This document shows, in pieces, positions 1 to 12,650 of a stretch of DNA of 64,000 nucleotides. Every line of letters starts with the position of its first letter. The first letter of the stretch is position 1. The translations under genes were made by a program, and so were the position numbers. Source of the DNA: Dimorphilus gyrociliatus (taxonomy: Eukaryota > Animalia > Annelida); contig CAJFCJ010000005.1 in NCBI GenBank assembly GCA_904063045.1, positions 1,875,988 to 1,939,987 of the forward strand, read 5' to 3'. The notes below the pieces were generated by a model, which made no database searches, was not told where the DNA came from, and saw nothing but the letters and a program-made list of their open reading frames with translations.

Positions 1-1878
1 ATTGATATCGATTTCTTAATAACACATTAAATTGAGGCTTGAATTATTAAATAGTCGTGTGTTTTTTTCATCTTTCTTTGTCAATATAATCTTTTACTAT
101 ATAAAAAAAAGTGACTATAACTTTTATACCTGGAAAAACTGCATCGGAGTTATATTTCATCTTGTAAAAATGCAAATGATAGGTGAGTATATTTCAATCG
201 ATTCTCAAATTGATGTAATTTGAATAGGAAATTTGTATTGCATTGCTTAATATTCTATTGTGATCAAAGAAAAAACGGACTAACGCTGAAAATGAAAAAA
301 ATGCACTCGTATGTTTTGTAAATTTTTTACTCCAATTATTATGTTTTACAAACTCCTCCCCATAATAATAGGGCAATGAGAGAGATTCTTACTTTTCTTT
401 GTTCTTTCGTCTCCACCCTATATGTAACTTTATTTATTTATTGCATCTTTTTTATGAGAATTAGAGCAGGTTAGAAATGCATCAGAAAAAAATTAATATT
501 ATATCTTTGAGAGGCAAAGTGCTCAACAGCTTGTAATTATAAAAGGGGCGTTTGAGCATATGTTTTTTCCTTATAAAAAATATACTTATATCTTTTTATA
601 AAAGTGCTGCTCAGAGTGACCTTAATTTCGAACGCTGAAATTTTTATATGGTAAGAACAGACTTGTCTAGATTGAACAGGAAATAATGAATCGATTTTGA
701 CGCCGCCTAGCGGGATTTCATAGAGTTGCAGCCTTAGTCGTTCTCGATGTGCAGAGTCCTACCCATCACACGATCAAATTTTTGTCTTGGTATTTAAGGG
801 TAATATAAAATATTTTATAACATTTACAATTAATAAAAATCGAATGCTTTTACATATTTTAAAATTCGATTCGATTATTCGGAATCGGAGTATCGATTTT
901 TTACCTCTACTATTTTGTATTTATATTCCGCCATTTTGTCGGGAATTTTTTCGTAGCTGCTTGAGGATCGAATCGGCCTTGGTAATTCGAATATATTTGA
1001 TATTTGTAGCCTTTCATCGTGTACTAGCTTAGTTAATGATTAATTTACGATCTAGTAGGCAAAATATGGGTAACAAAAGGTAGATAATATTAATAACGCG
1101 ATGCAAGTTTCCGTACCACCTGTTGGGTTTTGTTGTATTCCTCAACTACCCAGTTTAGATCTTTACAATCGCCTGATAAAAGCCTAGTGTTTTCATATTT
1201 GGTAGATATAAATTATCATTTAGATTAAACATTTTTAATAGAGGTAAAATTAAGACTAGTAATTCTTTTTTGTTTTCCACGGAAACTATGACGATCGGTT
1301 AAGCCAATAGAGCTTATCCAGAAGAGTTTAAGATAACGCCAATAATTGCTTCGTCACGTTATAAACATTTCTTCGTGGAAATCAATTTTTCCTAATGTCA
1401 GAAATTGGATATTGTATAATTCTCTACGAACTCTTGATAAAAGAAGAGATAATGAAGTAACACGCCTATGTACCGTTGAGTACACGGTGGTGATTATATC
1501 CTTTGTTAAGACCGTCATAAGCAGCTATTTCTTAGTACTTTATATTTTGTTATATGAAACGTTTGAATACGAGGATTGATCTTAAAAAAAAAAGTTCATT
1601 TTTCCTAACTCAGATAATATCTGGTTTTAGTTAACTCCGATGTATTTTAAAGACTTTAGTTTCATTTCTTACCTTAGCAGGAAATTAATTACATTACCTG
1701 CTTTGAAGCCCAATAACCTTGAAATCATTTTTGATGAAAGAACTGTTTCAAATTTATTCTATAAGACATCAAGTTTCCAATTGTGACAAATTGCATGCCT
1801 CCTTTAATATATATATGATTAGTTTCAAAGTTACAACATAATTTTAGTATTATTGTTTTTTTTTCAGGTAAAAAAATC

Positions 1879-2561
1879 ATGAGCGACAGTGAAGGAGAAA
1901 AAAACAAAGGTACTGATTATATTTCACTTAACATATGCAAATTTACAGTCATAAAATTACAGGAGTGAAGCGTGAACATGATGAGAGTGATAAACACGAA
2001 GATCGTGAGCAACCACAAAAGAAAATGCGGATAGGAGAAGGTTCCCAGATTGAATGTAGAATTTTACTTCCAAGCAAGGTAATTCAATGATATGATTTAC
2101 AAATGGTTATTATATACTCTCTTACAATTAAAGGTTGCCGGCGCTATAATCGGAAAAGGCGGATCGGTTATCAAAGGGTTGAGAGAAGAGGTAAGATTGT
2201 ATTTTTTTCAAACATTTTCCTTCATAGATCAATATACAGAATGAAATTGACATCACCCGTATTTGCATATATAAAAATATATAATAAGTTCCATTAGCTA
2301 GATTCAAGATAGCTCAACAAGATCCTGTGATATATCTCCATTCAGCCTGCGAAAATTCTCTTTAAACACCTTTTACTTTTACGATATTAAAATTATTACG
2401 AAGAACTCCATTATAAACTCACGATGCCACAGCCTTACCAGCAGTGTTCTGTTCTAATCGGCGGTGATGAACATGTCTACATGCAACCTATTAAGCATGT
2501 TTCGTGTTCATCTTTACCAATATATATATCTACATTTATATATAAATATATATGAACACAA

Positions 2562-2592
<31 letters not shown>

Positions 2593-5297
2593 CAATTCTT
2601 ATATTTATATACCTATACACATATAAGTTCTTATATTTATTTCATATCCAATCGTCCATTTTTATATGATGTCACTAATGCGAAGATTTTTTTCCCGTTC
2701 CTGCTTCATCGTCCGTTTGGCGAACTTGGAATAAACTATCCACCCTTAACAGTACAATGCCCATATCACTCTACCAGACTCAAGATCCCCAGAACGGTGA
2801 GATTTTCCCCTACATTTACAGCTTCCGTACAGCCTCTTAAATCTGACAATACCACTTACAAAGATTATTATTTTGTCTAAATAAGCCATGCTAACTGGTC
2901 CCAAATCACATTTTGCCTCCAGTGGTATTGTTTCAATTGGACCAAAGTGTCTCGTTCCAGTAGCTAAATCCTTTATCAGGACTGTTGAACGTGGCATTCC
3001 TACAACTTTTTTTAGCCATTTTTACCCCTAGACCACACGTCATTAAGTCACAAATGCGATTTAAAATTTTTTGGGTGGATTCCTAAAACGAACCCGTCTT
3101 TAAAACAATACCATTCTTGACTTTGACGAAGAATAAACTCACTCTTCTTCACTGTTGCTTTACCCAATATAGGGAAATTATTGGTTATAAATTTTTACCC
3201 AGTTTAATAAGTATAACCTTTGTGAAACAGTGTGGTTTAACTAGGTTCTTTAAAAATATTTCGAATGTATTTTTTATCACATACTCTCGTTTATAGGATA
3301 CTCGTAATAAGTGCCACTACGGGCTCTGTTTGTGAGTTAATGTTGAAAATCGTGCCAATCATCGAAGAAAACGTTAGTGTTATTTAATTCCTTATTAATC
3401 TCATGAATAACACATTTTCTCGACAAAGGATGAAAGAGAGATACGCTTACTTGTGCACCAGTCACAAGCTGGTTGCATTATTGGAAAAGCTGGAGCAAAA
3501 ATCAAGGAATTGCGTGAGGTAATAAAAAAGATAATCAAATTTCTAAATGTTAAGTATAAAATGACGACATTTTATAGCAAACTGGGGCTAATATCAAAGT
3601 GTTTGGTAAATGTTGCCCGGATTCCACTGAAAGGGTGTGTGCTATTGGTGGCTCTTCAGCAACTACTATAGCTGATGCTCTTGGTGTGATCTTTGGGTTA
3701 CTGCAATCATGCCCACCTAAAGGTTATAGCAATTTGTACGAACCAAATAATTGCGATGAATATATGATACAAGAGTATGGAGGCTTCTCATCAATGCAAG
3801 ATAGAGGAGGTCGAGGCGGTCGAGGTGGTAAAAACGATAGACGAGGAGGTGGCAGAGACGGAGGTAGAAGAGGTGGGGGTTCAGCTCCTAACTCATCTGG
3901 AGGTAGACGAGATCGCATGTCAGATCGTGGAGGAAGACGAGATACAGGGAGAAGAGGAATGGCTCCAAGGGGGGGATTTCGTGAAAACTTCCCGCCCGAG
4001 GGCATGAGAGATAACAGAAATAATAGGTACCCTGAGGGAGGACCTGGCTTTGGAGTTAGAGGTGGCGGAATGTCAGATACAAGAGAGTATAGTGGAATGG
4101 GCGGAAGGATGGATATGAACAGAGGGGGATATGGAGGACGAGATAATGCTTTTGCTGCTGGCGGTGGCGGCGGAGGGGTTGGGAGTGGTGGAAACGGTGG
4201 TATGACTGGAGGAGCTAGAGGAAGTTCCAATTATGGCGGAAGGGATGATGGGTAACCTTTTGATTTACTCTTAGTATAAAGGTTAAATAAATTTTTTTTA
4301 GCTTTGACAGCGGTATAATAGACCGAGGAAACTTTGGCGGCGAATACGGCAGTATGGGAGGTAGAGGAGATTTTAGTGCATCTAGAGATACATATGACGA
4401 CGACCAAAGAGGATTTGGTGGAAGCAGCACCACTGGCACTGGAACAGGAGGAGGAATGCGCAGCCAGATGGGAAACAGAATGGGTAGTAATTCTGGAGCT
4501 TACAACAAAACTTTTGCTTCTGATTCAATGGTATGTGTACTTTAACAATTATTATCTATCAAGCCAGTTGAAATTAATTTTTATAGGGAGGAATGGGCAA
4601 TCAAGGAGTGATGTTTGGTGGAGGAACGAGTCACGTGCCTTCTTCAACTCAAGTTAGCATTCCGAGAGATGTAAGTACTTTATTGTATTGTTTATGTCTT
4701 TTATTACTCTTTTGCTGAAAAACAGTTGGCTGGAGCTGTAATCGGAAAAGGTGGATCTCGCATTCGTCAAATAAGAGAAGAATCCGGTGCTTCAATTATT
4801 ATGAGTGAAGGACAAGGAAACGAAGACCGTATTATAACAATTAACGGTTCACCAGAACAGATACAAAATGCCCAGTATTTGCTCCAAATGAGGTAAGCAT
4901 CTATCATACATTAGTAGCATGTTTTAAATTTAACGCTAAAATATATTTGTTGATAACACAAACTGATAATTTAGAAATGCTATTTCCGAAAGCTTCATAA
5001 ATATTTTATTAACAAACTCATTTGTATTAATAATATTAATGTTAGAGCTTCTGTGAAGCATGGGTTTTGGTGGTGGTTTAAACCTGGTAGAGCGGGTGTG
5101 GAAGACTAGTGATTTTGTGTTGATTTGATGACAAAAAATCACTATCTTCCCGCACATGTTCTACTACTTGCTGCTTTTTAACCCCCGTATCTTGTAGAGC
5201 GGGCACTAACTTTTCCTTTGTTTTATATTAACAATTCGAAACAAAATACTGATTTGACTACTTTTTCAGCGTGAAGCAATACACGGGACGCTTCTAA
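1879..5297 (+). CDS. HNRNPK: Heterogeneous nuclear ribonucleoprotein K (3 KH domains, long RGG-rich linker), 10 coding exons
   Basis: Exons 1879-1909, 1963-2078, 2134-2190, 2753-2796, 3297-3372, 3429-3518, 3578-4251, 4302-4530, 4587-4670, 4726-4892 and 5270-5297 (first exon plus 10 more segments; all GT-AG, frame consistent). KH GxxG loops IIGKGG, IIGKAG, VIGKGG. C-terminus [16 protein letters not shown] resembles vertebrate hnRNP K. AATAAA at 5381. Confidence 0.95.
5087..5164 (+). ncRNA. MIR7: miR-7 hairpin in the last HNRNPK intron; mature 5p about 5099-5121
   Basis: TGGAAGACTAGTGATTTTGT (5099-5118) equals the first 20 nt of canonical miR-7. 5107-5116 pairs with 5135-5144, 5096-5105 with 5145-5155, and the basal stem 5087-5094 with 5157-5164. 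hnRNP K is the known host gene in vertebrates and Drosophila. Confidence 0.96.
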
Positions 5298-5568
5298 GGA
5301 ACTTGTAGGATTCTATTTGCTGTTTGGTTAATGAGTATTGGGCAAAAACAATATTGTTGTAATTGTATATTTTTATACTTAATAAATGCTTGAGTAGAAC
5401 AAAAAATAAAATTCATTTCGAAGTAATCGAAGGCATGTAATAGCAAACGAAAGTGTATTTTTTTTAAAACGATACAAGTTTTATTTAGTGCTTCTTCATT
5501 ATATATAACATAGACCAGAGTTTTTTTGAAAATCGAAAATTCAACTTAAAAACTCTTCCAGAGTGGTA

Positions 5569-7307
<1,739 letters not shown>

Positions 7308-7940
7308 TTCGAAAATTTATGCGGGGCTGCTGTTCCCTTATATCAATAAACACTGAGCTTGAACAAAAGCTATAATTATTTGTTTTTATTTTTTTTATTA
7401 TCTAATCAAAGAAATATTTTTGATCAATTTAATTCTCCTGTATTTAATTTTTTTGTTTAGAACAGTAATTAACTTTTGTCTAGTTTCTTTACCAAAATTG
7501 GTGCATTTCCAAAAATACTGACTTAGAAGTGTTATATTGTCAATCTCTAATGTATTTTAAGTAAGGATAAACTATGCTCTACTTTTATAATACTGTTTAT
7601 TTTGATATTATAGTTTTGCACTTCGAACAATATAAGTTTTAGATCTACTGCTTTAATTAATACGTGATTTATTTGGCTGTAAAAAACATTTGAAAAATTA
7701 AAAGCATAATAAGATTAACAAGCAGTTTAATTTTAAAGCTTATGTTGAATTTCTTTTACAGATGTTTAACAAAAATTTTAAAAATATTTTTAAATTGTAA
7801 AATGGTTATTTAAAAAAGAAAATTTTAGTATCGTTCCGCTTTTTCACATAATAGTTAATTTAGTATGGTATAGTATTCACTATCAATAAATGCAGAATTA
7901 ATCAATAGAAATTATATCCGTACCAAACTATTTTATTGTG

Positions 7941-7963
7941 GTCATGTGACTTGATTGTCCAAT
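7941..7963. promoter_or_regulatory. E-box/CLEAR-like GTCATGTGAC and CCAAT in the divergent METAP2/MPND promoter
   Basis: GTCATGTGAC at 7941-7950 and CCAAT at 7959-7963, between head-to-head starts at 7307 and 8192. Motif match only. Confidence 0.35.
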
Positions 7964-8191
7964 CAAAATGTGAATGTGCCGAAAATTAAGGAAAATCAAA
8001 TTTTTGAGACATTCCCACAACAAAGGAATTAGAATTAATTATACTTCAAATTGATATTATTGTTATGAAATTAAAGATAAGAATAACACGTTACAATATT
8101 ATATAAGAAAAATTTTCTATGGCGTTGCTAGCTTGAGATACCCTTTCGCGATAGATATTCAATTGGATATCTCTTGTAACAAAGGGCGATA

Positions 8192-9601
8192 ATGGAGGGG
8201 GTGGAAGCGGACGATTTATCTCAGATTGAAGAAGTTGAGAAAACTCAAGAAACACCTGAAAAGTCAATTTCCCCCGAGGAGCATGATGATGAAGTAGAAA
8301 AAGATTGTCATGATGTTGTCACCGATGAAGGATTAGGGGGTAATCCTCCGAAGGAATTAAAACAAGTAACTGGAAGAGGCGTCACTTTAGCACTTTTGCT
8401 CAGGGATAAACTAATCGAACCTGGTGAAGAGGTTCTTTCAATTGAGTATCTAGGTAAAAAATTTGTGGCCGATTTGCTACCGGACGGTAAATTAAAGAGT
8501 CAGGAAAATGTATTTAACTCTCCTAGTGCATGGGCAATTCATTGCAAGAAAGTTGTCAATCCAGACAAGAAGTCAGGCTGTGGATGGGGTTCAGTAAGAT
8601 ATAAAGGAAAAAAACTCGACACTTATAAAACCCTCTGGTTAAAAAATAAGGGTTTGGTTGTTCCTACTGGAAATTACAAGTGTCCTGTTGAAGATTTTAC
8701 TTTCAATGTTTATAATCCAAAAAACATAAAAGCTCCAACTTCAGATGACACTGGAGAACCTATTGACCATTCAGCTTTGCCAATTCGTACCATTCCTTCA
8801 AACTGCTACACTCTTGTTCAGTGTTCAACAGTGTCTAGTCAACCTTTCTCAGTTTCAATGAATATAAGTAGTTTAGTGACGATGGATTTACACTCTCATG
8901 CCTCCTCTTCTCAAGTTATGGGTTATCTTGGAGGATCTTGGGATGCATCGGAACAAGAACTATCTATTATCGCAGCTTTTCCTCTGTTTTGTTGCTTAGA
9001 AGACACAGAAAATTCTGCTAAAAGTGAGCAATACGTAAGGTATTTTATGGAAAAACGAAATCTCATATTAGTAGGATGGTACCATTCTCACCCAAGAGTA
9101 TCTCCGTGTCCAACAATCTTTGATATTGATTGTCACATGGAATATACTTATAGAGTTAGAGGTGCAACATATCAGCCATGTATAGCAGCCATATTTTCTC
9201 CTTTTAGAGGCACTGGTACAGAAGGCCGGTCCGAATTTAATTTATTCTGGGTTGCAGCACCTTCGGAAAATCGAACATTAGAATACGCTAAACCTATTAA
9301 AGTAGAATATTCTGTCAAAAATGACAGCTTAAACGATGCAAACGTTCTTCTACAAATAAAACTGATAAGCGCTTTCTACAAGGAAATGAAAAATGGAATC
9401 AGATGGTTAAAAATCTGGAATGATAATAAAAACTATTGGGATAAATTAAAGGTTAAATAGAGTTTAAAATATATTTTAATATATTAAACTTTTTTTATGT
9501 CACGACAGATGTCCTTAACAGAAACTTTTCAAGAATTTGATTACAAAGAACCAACTGAAGACTTTTTCGATACAGTTCACCAATTTCTAGAACTCTCTTG
9601 A
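8192..9601 (+). CDS. MPND: MPN domain-containing protein (RAMA domain plus JAMM/MPN domain)
   Basis: RAMA: TGRGVTL..FNSPSAWAIHCKKVVNPDKKSGCGWGSVRYKGKKLD. MPN: LVGWYHSHP..DID. Exons 8192-9451 and 9509-9601 (MSLTETF..LELS*). Confidence 0.92.
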
Positions 9602-9919
9602 TATTATCATTTTTTAAATATGTATCTAGTTATTTGATATTATTTGTTTTTTTTTATTCTGAGAAAAATACTTTTAGATGTCCCCTAAATATGTCTGACT
9701 AGTTTCCTTATCTATACAACGAATGTCTTTTTCTCTTTGTCATCTCAGCCAGTATAAATACAATCTATTGTTAACATAAAGGCATTACTTATTAAATAAT
9801 AGCATTCTTTTTCTTTTAAGATTTATGAAAATTGTTTTAAACCTATTTATGAGAGATAGCAGTTGGATAAACAGTTGTATTAAAAGCAAAACTATTTGGC
9901 CTTCTCTCTTCAATTAGTA

Positions 9920-11477
9920 ATGAATTTTATAGTATTACTTTCAACTTTCCTCCTACCTTTGGTAGTGGATTCGCGTTCTTGCAAGTGAGAATTTTCTTAT
10001 CGAATGATATGTGATAATTTTATAAACACATCTCTGTTTTTATCGTTTTAAGCGAAACTTGTTATAATAAAGTTGGATGTTTTGATAATTGTCCTCCGTT
10101 TGAAGCGTTTCCATTACCAAATAGTCCCGAAGATATAGAGCCTGAATTTGAGCTCTTTACTAGAAACAATCGAGATCAACCGGAGATTATAAGTGACGAG
10201 TTCCTTGGGTAAATATCCAAATGATTTAAGATCAAAGCGAACATACATTTCAAATCTGTTTTGTCTCTTAAGAGAAAATTTTGATGGGAAGAGAGAAAAG
10301 ACTTTTTTTGTTTTACATGGTTTTGCTGGAAGTGGACAGGATGATTGGGTTATCGAAATGAAAAACAGCCTTTTAGATCAAGTTCTTGTTTTTTAACTAT
10401 AAATTTGTTTATTCATATATAATTTTAACAATTGTTTTCCAGTACGACTGCAATTTCATCTCAGTAGATTGGAGTTGGGGAGCTCTCCCAGACATTAATC
10501 GACCCATTGATCCAGGTTTTTAGATGTAAAACATATTTCTTTAGCTTTAATAAAACTCACTTTATCTCCAATCAGTTCCATCTTCGAATGCTAGAGTCGT
10601 TGGCCGCATGATTGGCAATATCATAAAATTTGCGGGTCAACAAACTGAGTTGGATTTTGATTCAGTTCATTGTATAGGGTATTCACTTGGTGGACAAGGT
10701 TGTGGTTTCTTTGGAAAGTGGATGGATACTAAAATTGGACGAATTACTGGTATTATAATATGATAATGAAAGAAAATGATCTTGAACTATCTTTATTGAA
10801 TAGGTTTAGATCCTGCTGGACAAATTTTCGAAATGGATGATATAAGGGGTCGATTGGATAAAACTGATGCTAACTTTGTCGATGTAATTCATACAAACAC
10901 TTTCGGATCATTAATATCTTCTGGAACAAAAGTTATCTCAGGCCATGTTGATTTTATCGCTAACAAAGTAAGCATTGCATAGCATACAATTGCAGCTAAT
11001 AATTGATAAGCTACTATTAATGATATCTTTAACAAATAGGGTGAAGATCAACCAGGCTGTGATGGATTACTTGTGGATGTTTGTAGTCATGAAAGATCTC
11101 ACGAATTATGGAATGATAGCTTAAAAGTATATTTAAATGCCTTAAATTACTTATTTTTTATTATTTAATCAATGGTGATTACGTTCACTTTAAAGATCAA
11201 GAATTGCACCTATACTGCTCAACCTTGTTCTTCGATAGAAGACATAGATGTATGGGAGTTTCGTCTTCTTTTCTAAGAAGTAAATTGTTTTGACTAATTC
11301 CTTTTATTATTATTTGATTAGAATGGATGTTCTCCATGCAGCGGCGATGAATGCCAAGAATTTGGTATGAATTCTATCGATTTCCCTGGAAGAGGGGTTT
11401 TCAGTTTGATAACCAATGATGGAGCATCTGGATCTTTCTGCATTCCAAACTTACGAAGAACGTTGAAGATATATTAA
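9920..11477 (+). CDS. Secreted pancreatic-lipase-family enzyme lacking the C-terminal PLAT domain, about 9 small exons
   Basis: Signal peptide MNFIVLLSTFLLPLVVDS, CYNKVGCF, LHGF oxyanion motif, VDW, GYSLG (Ser 10683), ITGLDPAG, FVDVIHT, GHVDF, QPGC..CSH. Triad intact; AATAAA about 11514. Confidence 0.88.
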
Positions 11478-11722
11478 GAGAATTCTTAAGAATTGATAAT
11501 TAAATTCTTTTGTAATAAAAAAGATAAAGCATGTAGCATTACAGACGTTTCTAACGATAAAATATTTGTTATTTATACAAACTAGATGGAGCTTTTAAAA
11601 AAACGGGAAAATAGTCGAGTCACTATAGATCTTCCAGCTGTATATATTCTTATTTATCGCTCATTACTGGCACTTTTTGAATTTTGTCCTCAAAAACTGA
11701 TATTTCCATACTATTAAACACA

Positions 11723-12442
11723 ATGTTTAAGCTACCGTTTGGTGTAAGGGAGGAAATGAAATGGAAGAATTATACTGCTGTAGTTCCGTGTGTTTCTGTT
11801 GGGAACGTTTCCCAATTAGCGTGCGACCTTATAATTCATACCTTACAGATGAAAAAAGTTGGCTATCTATACTCTGAAAATGTTCATCCATTTGTTGGTA
11901 ATGATCCTTATAAAACAATAACTGAGTTGGAAAAGAAAGATGCAGGAGGCGTTACAACTGCCATAGATATCTACTGCAGCGACTGCTTAGCAGTAATTCA
12001 ATTTAGAACTCCAGTCTACCCAAGAAGGTCAAAGAAACTTGTTCAGGAGCTAGAAAAGTTCTTAAAACAATTTAAAGAGGTTTTGATACTGTCGGGTGGT
12101 CATGCCTCCGAAAGAAATGATAAAGAAATCAATGGACCACCGTATAGACTTTTAACGAGTCAAGCATTAGAAAAGAAACAGAAAGATCTGTCATGGGATT
12201 ATTTGGAAAGACGACGTATTTCTGGTGTAGGCATTGGTCTTATGTTATTTGACAAGCTAGAAAAAGCAGTTAATGCTGCCTTCCTAGTATTTTTCTGTGC
12301 TGAAGGTGATAATGCTGACGATGGTAAAATGATGGCAAATTTGCTAATGGAATATTTGAGTTTTGAAAAGAACAAATGGAAAATTCCACCATCGTGGACT
12401 TTACAATATGGATCTAATTTACAAAAGTCATGTTTTAGGTGA
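11723..12442 (+). CDS. PSMG2: Proteasome assembly chaperone 2 (PAC2 family), single exon
   Basis: VVPCVSVGNVSQLACDLII, PFVGNDPY, FCAEGDN, WKIPPSW motifs. First ATG at 11723; the ORF track starts upstream at a TTG. Confidence 0.92.
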   Translation: MFKLPFGVREEMKWKNYTAVVPCVSVGNVSQLACDLIIHTLQMKKVGYLYSENVHPFVGNDPYKTITELEKKDAGGVTTAIDIYCSDCLAVIQFRTPVYPRRSKKLVQELEKFLKQFKEVLILSGGHASERNDKEINGPPYRLLTSQALEKKQKDLSWDYLERRRISGVGIGLMLFDKLEKAVNAAFLVFFCAEGDNADDGKMMANLLMEYLSFEKNKWKIPPSWTLQYGSNLQKSCFR

Positions 12443-12650
12443 AAAAAAAGGAAAGCATTCTTTAATGGAAATTGACACAATCAGTTTTTTTGAGCGTTTC
12501 TTACACTACTTTTATTTAAATAGACAATTTAATACTAAAATTAAAGCAAAAGATGATTTTTCGTTTGTTGTAATATTTAAATATTTTTTCCCTCTGAAGT
12601 TTTAAAAGTGAAGATCATCCCCAATGGAAAATTCATAAGATCATTAATCT

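Noticed and set aside
121-473. Plus-strand chain of GT-AG-like introns with an open frame (LYLEKLH..MRIRAG*)
   Set aside because: In-frame stop at 118-120, no start or acceptor to enter the frame, and composition typical of AT-rich non-coding DNA.
660-800. Patchy resemblance to U12 snRNA (CCGCCTA..GCGGGAT..GAGTTGC) plus an Sm-like AAATTTTTG at 777-785
   Set aside because: The branch-site pairing sequence is not conserved, the CUACUUU loop is incomplete and the Sm site is on the wrong side. Similarly short matches to U1 and U11 are also visible, suggesting chance. An Infernal Rfam scan would settle it.
2420-2470. 44-nt segment the same length as HNRNPK exon 4 ending at GT, and a C-box-like GTGATGA at 2464
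   Set aside because: No AG acceptor before it and no real similarity to exon 4; no downstream CTGA D box for a C/D snoRNA.
3724-4439. Pro-rich antisense and alternative-frame ORFs over HNRNPK
   Set aside because: Shadows of the Gly/Arg-rich codons of the RGG region.
7952-7962. TGATTGTCCAA matching the start of miR-219
   Set aside because: Match stops at 11 nt with no precursor hairpin; better explained as paired CCAAT-like promoter motifs.
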